A stretch of DNA of 64,000 nt from an uncultured Acidobacteriota bacterium. Lineage in GTDB: Bacteria > Acidobacteriota > Thermoanaerobaculia > UBA5066 > DATFVB01. Below the pieces are notes generated by a model. It was not told the origin of the DNA and ran no database searches. It worked only from the letters and a program-made list of their open reading frames with translations. The DNA lies in assembly GCA_963813155.1 (NCBI GenBank), contig CAWEYG010000005.1:192001-256000 (forward strand), in the 5' to 3' direction. The position numbers were made by a program, and so were the translations under genes. This document shows, piece after piece, positions 9,209 to 20,990 of this stretch; position 1 is the stretch's first letter; each line of letters starts with the position of its first letter.

Positions 9209-9271
9209 ATGGCCACCAAAAAGAAAGCTGCCAAGAAGAAGACCGCGAAGAAATCCACCAAGAAGAAGTAA
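9209..9271 (+). CDS. 20-aa lysine-rich micropeptide MATKKKAAKKKTAKKSTKKK
   Basis: Perfect SD GGAGGTGA (9197-9204), ATG 9209, TAA 9269-9271, followed by an intrinsic terminator. Confidence 0.75.
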   Translation: MATKKKAAKKKTAKKSTKKK

Positions 9272-9293
9272 CTCAACTCTGTCTAGGGTTTGA

Positions 9294-9320
9294 CGGGGCC
9301 TTCGGGCCCCGCTTTTTTTT
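9294..9320 (+). terminator. Rho-independent terminator
   Basis: CGGGGCC-TTCG-GGCCCCG stem-loop followed by C and T8. Confidence 0.9.
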
Positions 9321-9359
9321 GTCCTTTTTCGCGGACGGGGCCGTCCATCGGCTCTTCAG

Positions 9360-9379
9360 CTATATCTGAGATGATATAG
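9360..9379. promoter_or_regulatory. Putative operator of the second PadR
   Basis: CTATATC-N6-GATATAG palindrome just upstream of the start codon. Confidence 0.6.
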
Positions 9380-9385
9380 TTGGCC

Positions 9386-9883
9386 GTGTCGCTCGAACAC
9401 GTTCTCCTCGCCCTCCTCTCCGATCAACCCGCGTCCGGCTACGAGCTCAAGAAGCGAATCGAGAGCGAGCTCGACCCGCTGTGGAGAGCGGAGGTCTCCC
9501 AGATCTATCCCTCGCTGGACAGGCTGCGTCGGGCGGGATTTGTGGCGATGAAGGTCGTCGGGCCCGGGCGGGGCCCGCGGAGCAACCGCCACCGGATCAC
9601 CCCCCGCGGACGCCGCGAGCTGGAGCGCTGGTGGAAGGAGCCTCTCCGGCCTCCGGATCTCCGGGACGAGTCCTTGCTGCGCGTTCTCGCGTCGGAGGCG
9701 GGCGGCAGCCGGGCGTTTGCCGATTCTCTTCGGGTCTACGACCGGGCGCTGTCGGACGAGATGGCGAGGCTTCGGAAGAAGACCGCCGCGACCGTGATCG
9801 CCGAGGCGGTCCGGCAGGCCGCGCTGTCCCGGCTGGAGGCGGCGAGGCGCTGGGCGCGCGCCCGGTACCCTACTTCTTCTTGA
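9386..9883 (+). CDS. PadR-family regulator (AphA-like)
   Basis: [28 protein letters not shown]; alternative TTG start at 9380. Confidence 0.88.
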   Translation: MSLEHVLLALLSDQPASGYELKKRIESELDPLWRAEVSQIYPSLDRLRRAGFVAMKVVGPGRGPRSNRHRITPRGRRELERWWKEPLRPPDLRDESLLRVLASEAGGSRAFADSLRVYDRALSDEMARLRKKTAATVIAEAVRQAALSRLEAARRWARARYPTSS

Positions 9884-10454
9884 GCTCGAGCAGGACGAGC
9901 TTCGCGATCGCCTTGAGCGTCTCGAAGACTCCGATTCCCTGGGGAGCGACGGCCTCGAAAGTCGGCTCTCCCTTGACGTTCAGGTGCTGGTACATCTCGT
10001 CGGCCGGCATGGCCGTCGGCAAGTCGCGCTTGTTGAACTGGAGGACGTAGGGGATCGTCGCGAGGTCGTACCCCTGCTCCTTGAGGTTCTTGTCCAGGTT
10101 CCGGAGCGACTCGACGTTGGCCTCCGCGCGCGCCCGCTGGGAATCCGAGACGAAGACCACTCCGTCCACCCCTTTGAGGATGAGCTTGCGCGAAGCGTCG
10201 TAAAAGACCTGCCCCGGCACGGTGTAGAGGTGGAAACGCGTGCGGAACCCCCGCACGGTCCCCAGGTCCAGGGGAAGAAAGTCGAAAAAGAGCGTCCGGT
10301 CGGTCTCGGTCGCGAGGGAGATCAATTTGCCTTTGGAGTTCGAATTCGTCCGGTCGTAGACGTACTGGAGATTCGTCGTCTTTCCGCCGAGGCCCGGCCC
10401 GTAGAAAACGATCTTGCAGTTGATCTCGCGGGCGGCGTAGTTAATGAACGTCAT
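9870..10454 (-). CDS. mglA: MglA small Ras-like GTPase
   Basis: [48 protein letters not shown]. Confidence 0.96.
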   Translation of the reverse strand: MTFINYAAREINCKIVFYGPGLGGKTTNLQYVYDRTNSNSKGKLISLATETDRTLFFDFLPLDLGTVRGFRTRFHLYTVPGQVFYDASRKLILKGVDGVVFVSDSQRARAEANVESLRNLDKNLKEQGYDLATIPYVLQFNKRDLPTAMPADEMYQHLNVKGEPTFEAVAPQGIGVFETLKAIAKLVLLELKKK

Positions 10455-10477
10455 GGGCGTGTCGCGGCGGTCGGAGG

Positions 10478-10975
10478 CTACTCGGAAAACAGATTGTCGA
10501 TGTCTTCGTCCGTGATTTCCGCGAACGGGGATTCGAATCCCCCGACGCTGCTCTTCTCGACCTCGACCTTCTTGAGGAGATCCGCAAAGACCTTTTCGAG
10601 CTCCAGGGAGGCTTTTCGGACCCGAAGACGAACGAGTCCCAGCGACGAACGATCGTCGAAGATGACCACGAGGATCACGCGTTGCCCGACAATCGAGATG
10701 TGGATGTTGTCCTTTTCCCCCTCGTGGAACAGGATCGAGAATTCCTTTTCTCCGATGAGGCGCGCGAGGCCGTCGGTCGCGGCGACGTTTCCGGCCGTCA
10801 GCGACGCAAGGGACGTGGTATCGACGGACTCCAGATCCCCGTTCGCGGCGATCTGCTGGCCGTTCTTATCCACAAGGAAGACAATTTTCGCGTTCGCTTC
10901 GACCCGAAGGCGCGAAATGATCTCCTTGATCAGCTGGAATTCCTCATCGTACATGATGAGGTCGGGAGAGGCCAT
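10478..10975 (-). CDS. mglB: MglB roadblock/LC7 GTPase-activating protein
   Basis: [29 protein letters not shown]; adjacent to mglA. Confidence 0.95.
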   Translation of the reverse strand: MASPDLIMYDEEFQLIKEIISRLRVEANAKIVFLVDKNGQQIAANGDLESVDTTSLASLTAGNVAATDGLARLIGEKEFSILFHEGEKDNIHISIVGQRVILVVIFDDRSSLGLVRLRVRKASLELEKVFADLLKKVEVEKSSVGGFESPFAEITDEDIDNLFSE

Positions 10976-11022
10976 GGAAGCTCTTCTACACCTTTCTCAG
11001 AATAAGGGTTTTATACCATATT

Positions 11023-11619
11023 CTAGATTTCCCGCCGGTTCAACAGCGAACGCGCCATGGTGACCTCGTCGGCATACTCCAGGTCGCCTCCCACCGGGAG
11101 GCCGAAGGCGATCCGCGTGACGGCGACGTTCTTCGGCTTGAGCAGCCGGGCCAGGTAAAGCGCCGTGGCTTCTCCTTCCACGTTCGGGTCGGTCGCGACC
11201 ACGACTTCCCGGACCCCGCCGTCGAGGCGGGGGAGCAGGCTGGAAATCTCGATCTCCTCGGGTCCGACGCCCTTCAGCGGGGAGAGCGCCCCCCACAGCA
11301 CGTGGTAGCGGCCGCGAAACTCCCTCGTTCGCTCCACGACGGAGACGTCCGCGGGGTCTTCCACGACGCACAGGATCGACGGGTCGCGCGCCGGGTCGGA
11401 ACAGATCTCGCAGGGGTCTTCTTCGGTGAGCATGTTGCACGTGCCGCATCGGCGCACGGCTTCCCTCGCGGAAAGGATCGCCGCGGCGAGCGCTTCCGAT
11501 TCGGCCGCGGATCCGCGCAGAAGGTGGTAGGCGATTCGGGCCGCGCCCTTCGCCCCGATGCCCGGCAGCCGCTCGAAGGCCGCCGACAGTTTCTCGAAGG
11601 ATTTCGGAAGAACCGACAT
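11023..11619 (-). CDS. recR: Recombination mediator RecR
   Basis: LPGIGAKGA, C4 zinc finger, Toprim EGEATA, GGDLEYADEVT. Confidence 0.96.
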   Translation of the reverse strand: MSVLPKSFEKLSAAFERLPGIGAKGAARIAYHLLRGSAAESEALAAAILSAREAVRRCGTCNMLTEEDPCEICSDPARDPSILCVVEDPADVSVVERTREFRGRYHVLWGALSPLKGVGPEEIEISSLLPRLDGGVREVVVATDPNVEGEATALYLARLLKPKNVAVTRIAFGLPVGGDLEYADEVTMARSLLNRREI

Positions 11620-11628
11620 TCGGTGGCC

Positions 11629-11922
11629 CTAGAAACCGGGGACCATGCCCCCCAGCATCCGAGAGGTCCGGGCCTGCACTTCCTCGTCGACCTTCCTGCC
11701 GGCCTCTCGCGCCGCCACGACAATGAGGTCCTGGAGCATTTCGAGATCCGACGGATCGACGAGAGTCTTTTCGATCCGGCAGGACAGGATCTCCTTCGTG
11801 CCGGACATCGTGATCGAGACGGCGCCCCCCCCGGCGGTTCCTTCGACGGCGACAGCCGCGAGCTCGGTCTGGACCTTGTCCTGCATGGCCTGCGCCTGCT
11901 TCATCATCTGCCGGATGTTCAT
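11629..11922 (-). CDS. ybaB: YbaB/EbfC nucleoid-associated protein
   Basis: MMKQAQAMQ, GTAGGGAV, DLEMLQDL; located between dnaX and recR. Confidence 0.95.
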   Translation of the reverse strand: MNIRQMMKQAQAMQDKVQTELAAVAVEGTAGGGAVSITMSGTKEILSCRIEKTLVDPSDLEMLQDLIVVAAREAGRKVDEEVQARTSRMLGGMVPGF

Positions 11923-13540
11923 TTCTTCTCCTTGATGTCGACGACTTCTCCCCGGAAAAGGGCCATCGCCTTCTGGACCATCGGGTCCTCCTGGGCGCGG
12001 CTGGACGCCCGCTCGCGGGAGAGAACCTGGGGCGAGACGCTGCGGGCGGCTTCGGTCAGGTTGCCGTCCGCCGGAGGTCCGCTGACGAGGCGGATCGCCA
12101 GGTCGCGGCCATAGGCCTCGCGAGCCGCTTCCGAGAGAAGCTTCGCGGCCTCGGGCCGGGAGAGCGCGTCCTTCGCCGTGGCCTTGTCGATCGGGAATTC
12201 GAGGACGAGCTCGCCGTCCTTCTCTTCGATCCGGTTCGCGAGCGACGCGTATGTCCCGATGAGCATCCGACGGGTCTCGACAATCTTCAGAAACCTTCGA
12301 GCGGGGTCTTCGGCGGACGGGGCGCGGGGCGGCGGTTCCGCTTCGGGGGCCGGAACGAGCGAAACGAAACGGGGCTCTCCCCGAAGAGAAGCGGGCGCTC
12401 TGCCGCCGCCTCCCGCCGGAGCGGCGAGGAAGAGGAAGAGGAAGACGATGCCGAGATCATGTCCTCGATCGCCCGAAGCCGCGGAAGCTCCGCCATTTTC
12501 AGCAGGGCCATTTCCCAGACGATCCAGGGGTCGGCCGCGCGCGGGAACTCCCTCTCGGTCTCGAGCTCGAGGGCGACGGCGCGAAGCAGCGTCTCGTACG
12601 GCGCGAGCCCGGCAAGCTTGGCAAGCCGATCGTCTTTCGACGGAGGATTGGCCGAAGCCATCAGCACCTCGCGGAGAAACGACAGGAACTCGCGCGATCC
12701 GTGCCGGGGGTCGAGGCCCTCTTCCCGGGCGCGGGACAGGATTCCGACGAGGGCGGCGCGGTCTCCCGCGACGACGGCTCCGAAGAGCGCCTCGAGAGTC
12801 GACCGGTCGACGAACGCGAAAATCTCCGCGCAGCGCTGTTCGTCGATTTTTCCTTCGGAGAGCGTCGCCGCCTGGTCGAGAAGCGACAGGGCGTCGCGAA
12901 GCGATCCGTCCGAGGCCCGGGAGATCGCCGCCAGGGCGCCGTCGGTGGCGGTGAGCGATTCCTTCTGCGCGACTTCGCGAAGGCGTTCCTCGATTTCCGG
13001 CTCCGTGAGCCGGCGAAAGGAGAACCGCTGGCAGCGAGAGATGATCGTCGCGGGGATCTTGTGCAGCTCCGTGGAGGCGAGGATGAAGATCGCGTGGGGA
13101 GGAGGCTCCTCGATCGTTTTCAGCAGCGCGTTGAACGCCGCCTTCGACAGCATGTGGACTTCGTCGAGAATCAGGATCCGGTACCGGTCGCGCTGCGGCG
13201 CGTAGCGCAGGATTTCGATCAGCTCGCGGGCGTCCTCGACGCTGTTGTTGGATGCGGCGTCGAGCTCGATCGTGTCGAGAGACTCGCCGCGCGCGGCGAT
13301 CTCGACACAGGAGGCGCACTTGCCGCACGGCGTGACCGTCGGCCCCTTCTCGCAGTTGAGGCTCGCGGCCAGCAGCCGGGCCGTCGTTGTCTTGCCGACT
13401 CCGCGGGGACCCGTGAAAAGGTACGCGTGGTTGACCCGGCCCGACTCGAGGGCGTGCGAAAGCGTGCGCGAAACGGCGTCCTGTCCGACGAGCGCGTCGA
13501 AGGTCTGGGGGCGCCATTTTCGGGGAAGGGCAAGTTGCAT
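11919..13540 (-). CDS. dnaX: DNA polymerase III subunit gamma/tau, split by a frameshift near 12370
   Basis: RKWRPQTF, GPRGVGKTT, DEVHMLS, SRC in 12287-13540; the C-terminal domain continues in another frame to 11919. Confidence 0.92.
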
Positions 13541-13574
13541 CGTCTAGCCTATAAGTCGAGAGCCGAGGCCGACG

Positions 13575-13680
13575 ATGAGTTCAGGCACCCCTGCGGCGCA
13601 CGGTGGCATCTCCTGATCGCTGCTTCCTTCCGGACCTGACGAGGTTCGGAGACTTCCGTCGCACAGGACCCGAACTCATC
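13575..13680 (-). ncRNA. ffs: SRP RNA (4.5S)
   Basis: Conserved TCAGGTCCGGAAGGAAGCAGC core within a long hairpin; directly upstream of dnaX. Confidence 0.95.
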
Positions 13681-13704
13681 CTCGGCCCCGGCAGGGAGAT
13701 TCTC

Positions 13705-13935
13705 TCACACTTCGCGGTTTGCCCGGGGATCGCGCCGGAGGGCCCACCGGGCCACGACCGCGCAGAGCGCGAACCCGGCCGCCAGGTCGAAATCGCGTCC
13801 GAAATGGGGCGGCAGGTCCGGCCACCCGGGGCCGAAGTCGATCCAGCTGAACACCGCCGCGAACGCGACGGTGAAGAGGAGCGAGGCGAAGACGATGCGG
13901 GTCGCGAAATGACCATCGGAAGTGAGATTTTTCAT
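13705..13935 (-). CDS. Small hypothetical membrane protein
   Basis: 76 aa with two hydrophobic segments; fills the gap between tRNA-Ser and ffs. Confidence 0.45.
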   Translation of the reverse strand: MKNLTSDGHFATRIVFASLLFTVAFAAVFSWIDFGPGWPDLPPHFGRDFDLAAGFALCAVVARWALRRDPRANREV

Positions 13936-13940
13936 CAAAA

Positions 13941-14030
13941 TGGCGGAGAGTCAGGGATTCGAACCCTGGGTACGGTTTCCCGCACACACGCTTTCCAAGC
14001 GTGCTCCTTAAGCCACTCGGACAACTCTCC
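13941..14030 (-). tRNA. tRNA-Ser(GGA)
   Basis: Cloverleaf with CACGC-TT-GGA-AA-GCGTG anticodon arm, long variable arm, TTCGAATCC, CCA end. Confidence 0.97.
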
Positions 14031-14074
14031 GCGAGCGGCAGGAGGGGCAGTATAGCCGAAGGGATCGGCGACCT

Positions 14075-15409
<1,335 letters not shown>

Positions 15410-15419
15410 GCTCCCTCCT

Positions 15420-15740
15420 TCAGGCGGTCAGGGTCTGTTCGCCGAGTTTCCGGAGATATTCGAAGGAATAGATCCCGTCGTTGTGGCCGTCCTGCCAGAA
15501 GATCTGGATCGCGTAGCTCCCGATTTTTTGCCAGCCGTGCATCAGGAACGCGCCGAGGCCGTACGGCCGATCGGGGCCCTTGTAGACGTTGCCGAAGAGG
15601 TCCTGTTCCCCCCGGCACATCGCGCAGGGGCAGTTGCGGCGGAGCGTTTCGAGGGAGAGATAGTCCTCGCGGCCGTCGGCCCAGGCGACGGCGAGCTCCT
15701 TGCCGATCTGTTGAATGGACGCTGGCGCGGCGGATCCCAC
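15420..15740 (-). CDS. DUF971 / GBBH-like N-terminal domain protein
   Basis: LRRNCPCAMC, GSYAIQIFWQDGHNDGIYSFEYL. Confidence 0.9.
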   Translation of the reverse strand: MGSAAPASIQQIGKELAVAWADGREDYLSLETLRRNCPCAMCRGEQDLFGNVYKGPDRPYGLGAFLMHGWQKIGSYAIQIFWQDGHNDGIYSFEYLRKLGEQTLTA

Positions 15741-15766
15741 CGCCGAATTCTATCCCGGGCGGGTTT

Positions 15767-16744
15767 CTACGATTTCTCTTTCAGCTCTTTGAGCGCGGCC
15801 GCGTCACCCGCCGCGAGGTCCTTGTCGAAAATCTTCACGTAGGCGGACTTGCGCAGATCGGCGAGATACTCCGCGAATTTCTTGTCGTAGATCTCTTCCG
15901 ACATTTTCTTCCGGATGTCCTCTTTGACTTCGTCGAACGGGCGAAATCCAGCCGGCTGCCGGCTCGCGACCGCAAGCAGCGCATAGCCGCCGCGGACCGA
16001 CACCGGCGAGGATAGGTCTCCGCCGAAGATGGCCGAATCGAGTTCCTGAGTGAGATCACCCTTCGCGACGAGCCCGAGATCCCCGCCTCGATCCCGGGCG
16101 GGACCTTGCGAAATCTCCCGCGCGACGTCGGCGAACGCCGCCCCCGCCTTGATCCGTTTCTGCGCCTCTTCGATCTTCGCCCGGGCGGCCTCCTGCGAGG
16201 CCGGGTCGTTCGGCGCGAACCGGACGAGGATCTCGGAGACTTTCGCCTTCTCGGGCACGGCGTAGAGCTTGTCCTTGGTTCGCTCGTATTCGGTTCGGAC
16301 GGCGTCTTCGTTGAGGTTGATCGGCACCTCGCGCGCTAGCAGTTTGTTCGTGAGGAGCGACTCCCGGAGCTGCGTCCGGAGCAGTTCCTTCGTGAGTCCC
16401 TGCGCGGCGAGCGCGCGGTCGAACTCCTCGTCGGTCTTCATCCCGTACTGGTTCTTGACCCGCTCGACGGCTTCCGCGATCTCGTCTTCCGACATGCTCA
16501 GGCTCAGGGCCGCCGCCTTGTCTTCGACGAGCTTCTGGCGAATCATCTGCTCGAGCACGATGAGCCGGAGCCGGTTCGCGTCCGGCGGAGCTGCCGGATC
16601 CTGCCGGGCCCGCTCGACGTGGCTGTCGAGATCGCTTTGCGAGATCATCGCATCACCGACGCGCGCCACGACGCGGTCGACAAGGTCCGCCCCGCCGAGC
16701 GCGAGCGGCAGGCCGAGGAACACAAGGCAGGCAAGTGTTTTCAT
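15767..16744 (-). CDS. SurA-like peptidyl-prolyl isomerase
   Basis: Signal peptide, VDRVVARVGD SurA N-domain, parvulin FADVAREIS..GGDLG. Confidence 0.88.
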   Translation of the reverse strand: MKTLACLVFLGLPLALGGADLVDRVVARVGDAMISQSDLDSHVERARQDPAAPPDANRLRLIVLEQMIRQKLVEDKAAALSLSMSEDEIAEAVERVKNQYGMKTDEEFDRALAAQGLTKELLRTQLRESLLTNKLLAREVPINLNEDAVRTEYERTKDKLYAVPEKAKVSEILVRFAPNDPASQEAARAKIEEAQKRIKAGAAFADVAREISQGPARDRGGDLGLVAKGDLTQELDSAIFGGDLSSPVSVRGGYALLAVASRQPAGFRPFDEVKEDIRKKMSEEIYDKKFAEYLADLRKSAYVKIFDKDLAAGDAAALKELKEKS

Positions 16745-17589
16745 GATTCCCTTCCTGGCGGGAGAAACTCTCCCGTGTAAACGAACGGCAACCGGTCCGG
16801 AAAGACGCGGACGCCCCTGTCGCGCCGCGCGTCCTCGACGAGCGATTGAAGATAGCGGTCGGCCTTCTCCCGCAACAGGCGCCGCCGGATCTCCGGCCCG
16901 GCCTGTTCGATCGTCAGCTCCCGCGCCGCCAACCTCTCTTCTGCCTTGAAGATCAAATACCCTTCTTCCGCCGCGATCACAGGCGACATCTCTCCCGCTC
17001 TCAAACGAAAAATCGCTCCTTCGAATTCCGAAGGAAGGTCTCCGCGTTCGACCCAGCCCAGCTGTCCCCCCGACGCGGCGTCGGGAGAACGGGAGGCCGA
17101 CTGCGCGACCTTCGCGAAATCCTCGCCTCTCGAGATTCTCAGGCGCGCCGAGTCGGCTTCGTCCCGCTGTTTCGTGAAGATCCTCTCGACTCTCACCTGC
17201 TCGGGCTTCCGATATCTCTCGCGGTGCAGATCATATTCCCTCTGAACGTCCTCCGCCGTCGGGAGGACGGCCGATCCGGCGCGGGAAAGCAGCAGGGAGG
17301 GGGCGTTGAGGCGATCGGCGTCGTCGTCGCTGCCGGACAGCTTCGCGGCCGCCCTCCAGATTTCCTCCCGCAGGAACTGGTCGAACAGCCCCGACACGAC
17401 TTTCGGGGAAGATTCGGCGATCGGCCTTCCAGAGTTCGCTTCGAAGTACGCGCGAAAAGCCCGAAGGGACACCGGCCGCCCTGCGACGAGCGCGGCGGTG
17501 TCGACGGAAACCGGGCGCGCCCGCCTCACGCAGGCGGAAAAGGCCGCGCTCGCGAGAAGGGCGAGTCCGGCCGCGGCCGGCCTTCTCAC
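16741..17589 (-). CDS. PpiC-type peptidyl-prolyl isomerase (lipoprotein)
   Basis: Lipobox-like FSAC; GEDFAKVA..SGGQLGW..FEGAIF. Confidence 0.85.
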   Translation of the reverse strand: MRRPAAAGLALLASAAFSACVRRARPVSVDTAALVAGRPVSLRAFRAYFEANSGRPIAESSPKVVSGLFDQFLREEIWRAAAKLSGSDDDADRLNAPSLLLSRAGSAVLPTAEDVQREYDLHRERYRKPEQVRVERIFTKQRDEADSARLRISRGEDFAKVAQSASRSPDAASGGQLGWVERGDLPSEFEGAIFRLRAGEMSPVIAAEEGYLIFKAEERLAARELTIEQAGPEIRRRLLREKADRYLQSLVEDARRDRGVRVFPDRLPFVYTGEFLPPGRES

Positions 17590-20500
17590 GCGGCCTCCGG
17601 CAGGAGGAGACGGTCGAGGAGGTCGATGACGGTCGGGATGGGCGTTTCCCCGGGGAGCGTCACGATCCCCGGCGGAGTCAGGGCGGCCCCCGAGACCCGC
17701 CCGATCGCGCGCACGAGGCGGGCGGGGTCGACGCGGGCGCTCTCCTCGAAGACGATTCGGTACGAGCTTCCGCGCTTCTCCACCGAACGGATCTCGAGCT
17801 GCTCGGCCCGCCGGCGCAGCCGTCCGTATTCGAGAAGCCGGGCGACGGATTCGGGAGGTGCCCCGAACCGGTCCTCGGTCTCCCTCGCGATCTCGAAGAT
17901 CTCGGAGTCGTCCCGGGCGCGGGCGATTCGCTTGTAGAGCGCGAGGCGCAGGCTTTCCTCGGGCAGGTAGGAAGGCGGGATCGAGAGCTCGTGCCCGAGG
18001 GAGATCGTGACGGTGCGTTCCTCCCGCACCTCTTCGCCGCGCAGCTCGCGCATCGCCTCGTCCAGGAGGTCGAGGTACATCTCGAGGCCGACGGCGTTGA
18101 TGTGACCCGACTGCTCGGCGCCGAGAAAGTTTCCGGCCCCCCGGATCTCGAGATCCTTCGCGGCGATTCGGAAGCCGGCTCCGAGATCGCAGAACTCGCG
18201 GATCGTCGCGAGGCGCGCCCGGGCGGTTTCCGTCAACGCCGCGTCCGGCTCCACGACGAGATAGCAGTACGCGGCCTTATCGCTTCGCCCCACGCGGCCC
18301 CGGAGCTGGTAGAGCTGAGAGAGACCGAACGTGTCGGCCCGGTCGATGAGGATCGTGTTGACGGAGGGGATGTCGATTCCGTTTTCGAGGATCGTTGTCG
18401 CCAGGAGGATGTCCGATTTTCGCGAGACGAAATCGAGCATCGTTTTCTCGAGCTGCCCCTCGCCCATCTGTCCGTGCCCGATCGCGATGCGAGCCTCCGG
18501 AAGCACCTCTTCGAGGAACCTCTTCTCGGCCGCGATCGAGTCGACGCGGTTGTGGATGTAGAACACCTGGCCGCCCCGCGCCAGCTCGAACGCGATCGAC
18601 TCCCGAACCACGTCGGCGCTCTTCGGAATGATCTGGGTCTCGATCGCGAGCCGGTCGCGCGGCGGCGTCTCGATGATCGACAGGTCCCGCAGTCCCGACA
18701 GGGAGAGGTTGAGAGATCGCGGGATCGGCGTCGCCGACATCGATAGCACGTCGATCGAGGCCTTCCACTCCTTGATCTTTTCCTTCTGCGCAACGCCGAA
18801 ACGCTGTTCCTCGTCGATCACAAGCAGGCCCAGGTCGCGGAACCGGATGTCCTTCGAAAGAAGTCGGTGCGTCGCGATGAGGATGTCGACCGTGCCTTCC
18901 GCGAGCTTCTCGGCGACCTTCTTCTGCTCCGAGCGGTCCCGAAAGCGGGAGAGCAGCTCGATCGTCACCGGAAACGACGAAAAGCGCCGCGTGAACGTGC
19001 GGAAGTGCTGGTCCGCGAGGATCGTCGTCGGGGCGAGGACAGCGACCTGCTTGCCGTCCAGGACAGCCTTGAACGCGGCGCGCATGGCGACTTCCGTCTT
19101 TCCGTAGCCGACGTCGCCGCACAGGAGCCGGTCCATGGGAACGGGCCTCTCCATGTCGCGCTTGACGTCCGTGATCGCCTGGGCCTGGTCGGGGGTCTCG
19201 ACGTATTCGAAAGCGTCTTCGAACTCCTTCTGCCACGGGGAGTCCTTCGAGTACGCGAAGCCCTGCGCCTGCGCGCGCCGCGCGTAGACCCGCAGGAGGT
19301 CCTGCGACAGGTCGCGAACGGCCTTGCGGACGGCCGACTTCTTTCTCGACCACGACGCGCCTCCGAGGCGGTCGAGCTTCGGCTCCGCGCCCTCCGCGCC
19401 GGAGTATTTCTGGATCCGGTCGAGCCGCTCCACGGGGAGCAGCAGCGTCTTCTCCTCGCCGTAGGAGATCTCGACGAACTCGCGCTCTTCCGCGTCGACC
19501 GAAAACCGTTTCAACCCCAGGAACTTCCCGACGCCGTAGTCGAGGTGCACGACGAAATCCCCCGGCTTCAGGTCGCGCAGGTCCGACAGGAACGCGTCGG
19601 CCGCCCGCTTCCGGGTCGGCGAGGCCGTTCGATCGGCTCCGAAGATCTGCTCTTCCGAAAAGAGCGAGAAACCGCTGCGACGCAGGCGGAACCCGGCCGA
19701 GATCTCGCCGGCGAAAATTTCGAGGGAATCGAGCCCGTATTCCCGCGCGACGCGCTGCAGCTTTTCCGTTCCTCCCCGCGGATGGACGGCCGCACCGACC
19801 CGGCCGCCGGAATCGAGGGCGATTCGGATCTGCGCAACGGCGTCGGGCAGCCTCCCTTCGAAGGACGGGAGCTCTTCTCCCGAGAGCTTCACCGGGACTC
19901 CCGGCGAGAGTCCGAGGCGGTCGAAAAGAAGACCGGCGCGGCCGGCGACTGCCGATTCGACGTCCGAAGCCGCGTGGAGGATTTCCTCGGGCAGGATCGC
20001 GGCGACATCCGGGTCGTAGTCCTGGCGAACCCGTTCCTCCCACTCTTCGAGGGCGGCCGCGACAGACGCCGGCTCGAGCACCGCGACCATGGCGTCCGGC
20101 GCGTGATCGAAAATCGTCGCGGCGCTTCCGGCGACCGCCGCCGAGAACAGGGTCCGCTCCGCCGCGCTCGGGGGATGGCCGAGGCGCCGCTCGAGACGAA
20201 CGTCCGCCTCGCGCGATTCGGAGACCGCCGAGAGAGGAGCGATGACGACGCGCTCGAGCCTCGCCTCGGAGCGCTGCGTGTCGGGATCGAACGTGCGGAG
20301 GGACGCGACGTCGTCTCCGTCGAGCTCGATCCGGAAAGGCCGCGGAGAGTCGGCCGGGAAGACGTCCACGAGGCCGCCCCGCGCCGCGAAGTCTCCCATC
20401 TCGAGGACGAGATCGGATCGGGTGTATCCCTCGCGCACGAGAAACGCGAGGAGCTCTTCCCGCGAAAGGGGGCTTCCCGCCGCGATCGCGAGCTGCCGCG

Positions 20501-20934
20501 AAGAAAACGACTCCCGGGAAGGAAGGCGCGACCCGAGGAAACGGGCGGGAATGGCCGCGAGACGGCACGTTCCGTTCGCGAGCCCGGACAGGAGCGAGAA
20601 CTCCGATTTCCGGTATTTCAGGGACGGGAGCACTTTCTGGTACGGCGTCAGGGAGGGCTCCGGCGCGACGCTGACCCCGGAGAGGCCGAACGCGGCGGCA
20701 TCGGCGGCGACGGCCGCGGCGGAGTCTTCGTCGGGCGTGACGAGGAGGATCGTCTTTCCCTGGACCCGGGAGAGCTCGGCGAGGACGAGCCCCGGAAGAG
20801 CGCCAACGGCGCCGGAAAGGACGTGGGGAGGGCGCACCTCCGCGCGACAGAGCTGCTTGAGCAACTCCTCGATTTCGGGGATTTCCCCGGCGAGGCGGGA
20901 CAGGCTATCGGGCGATCTTCCCCCAGGTCTCCAT
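17586..20934 (-). CDS. mfd: Transcription-repair coupling factor (apparent one-base insertion near 20910)
   Basis: MDRLLCGDVGYGKTEVA, DEEQRFG, SATPIPR, QLRGRVGR, DLEIRGAG; the N-terminus reconnects to ATG 20934 if one C is removed. Confidence 0.95.
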
Positions 20935-20990
20935 GCGGAGATCCAACGGTTTCCGCAGGCGAATCATTTCACAGATCCGCCGGAAGGGCC

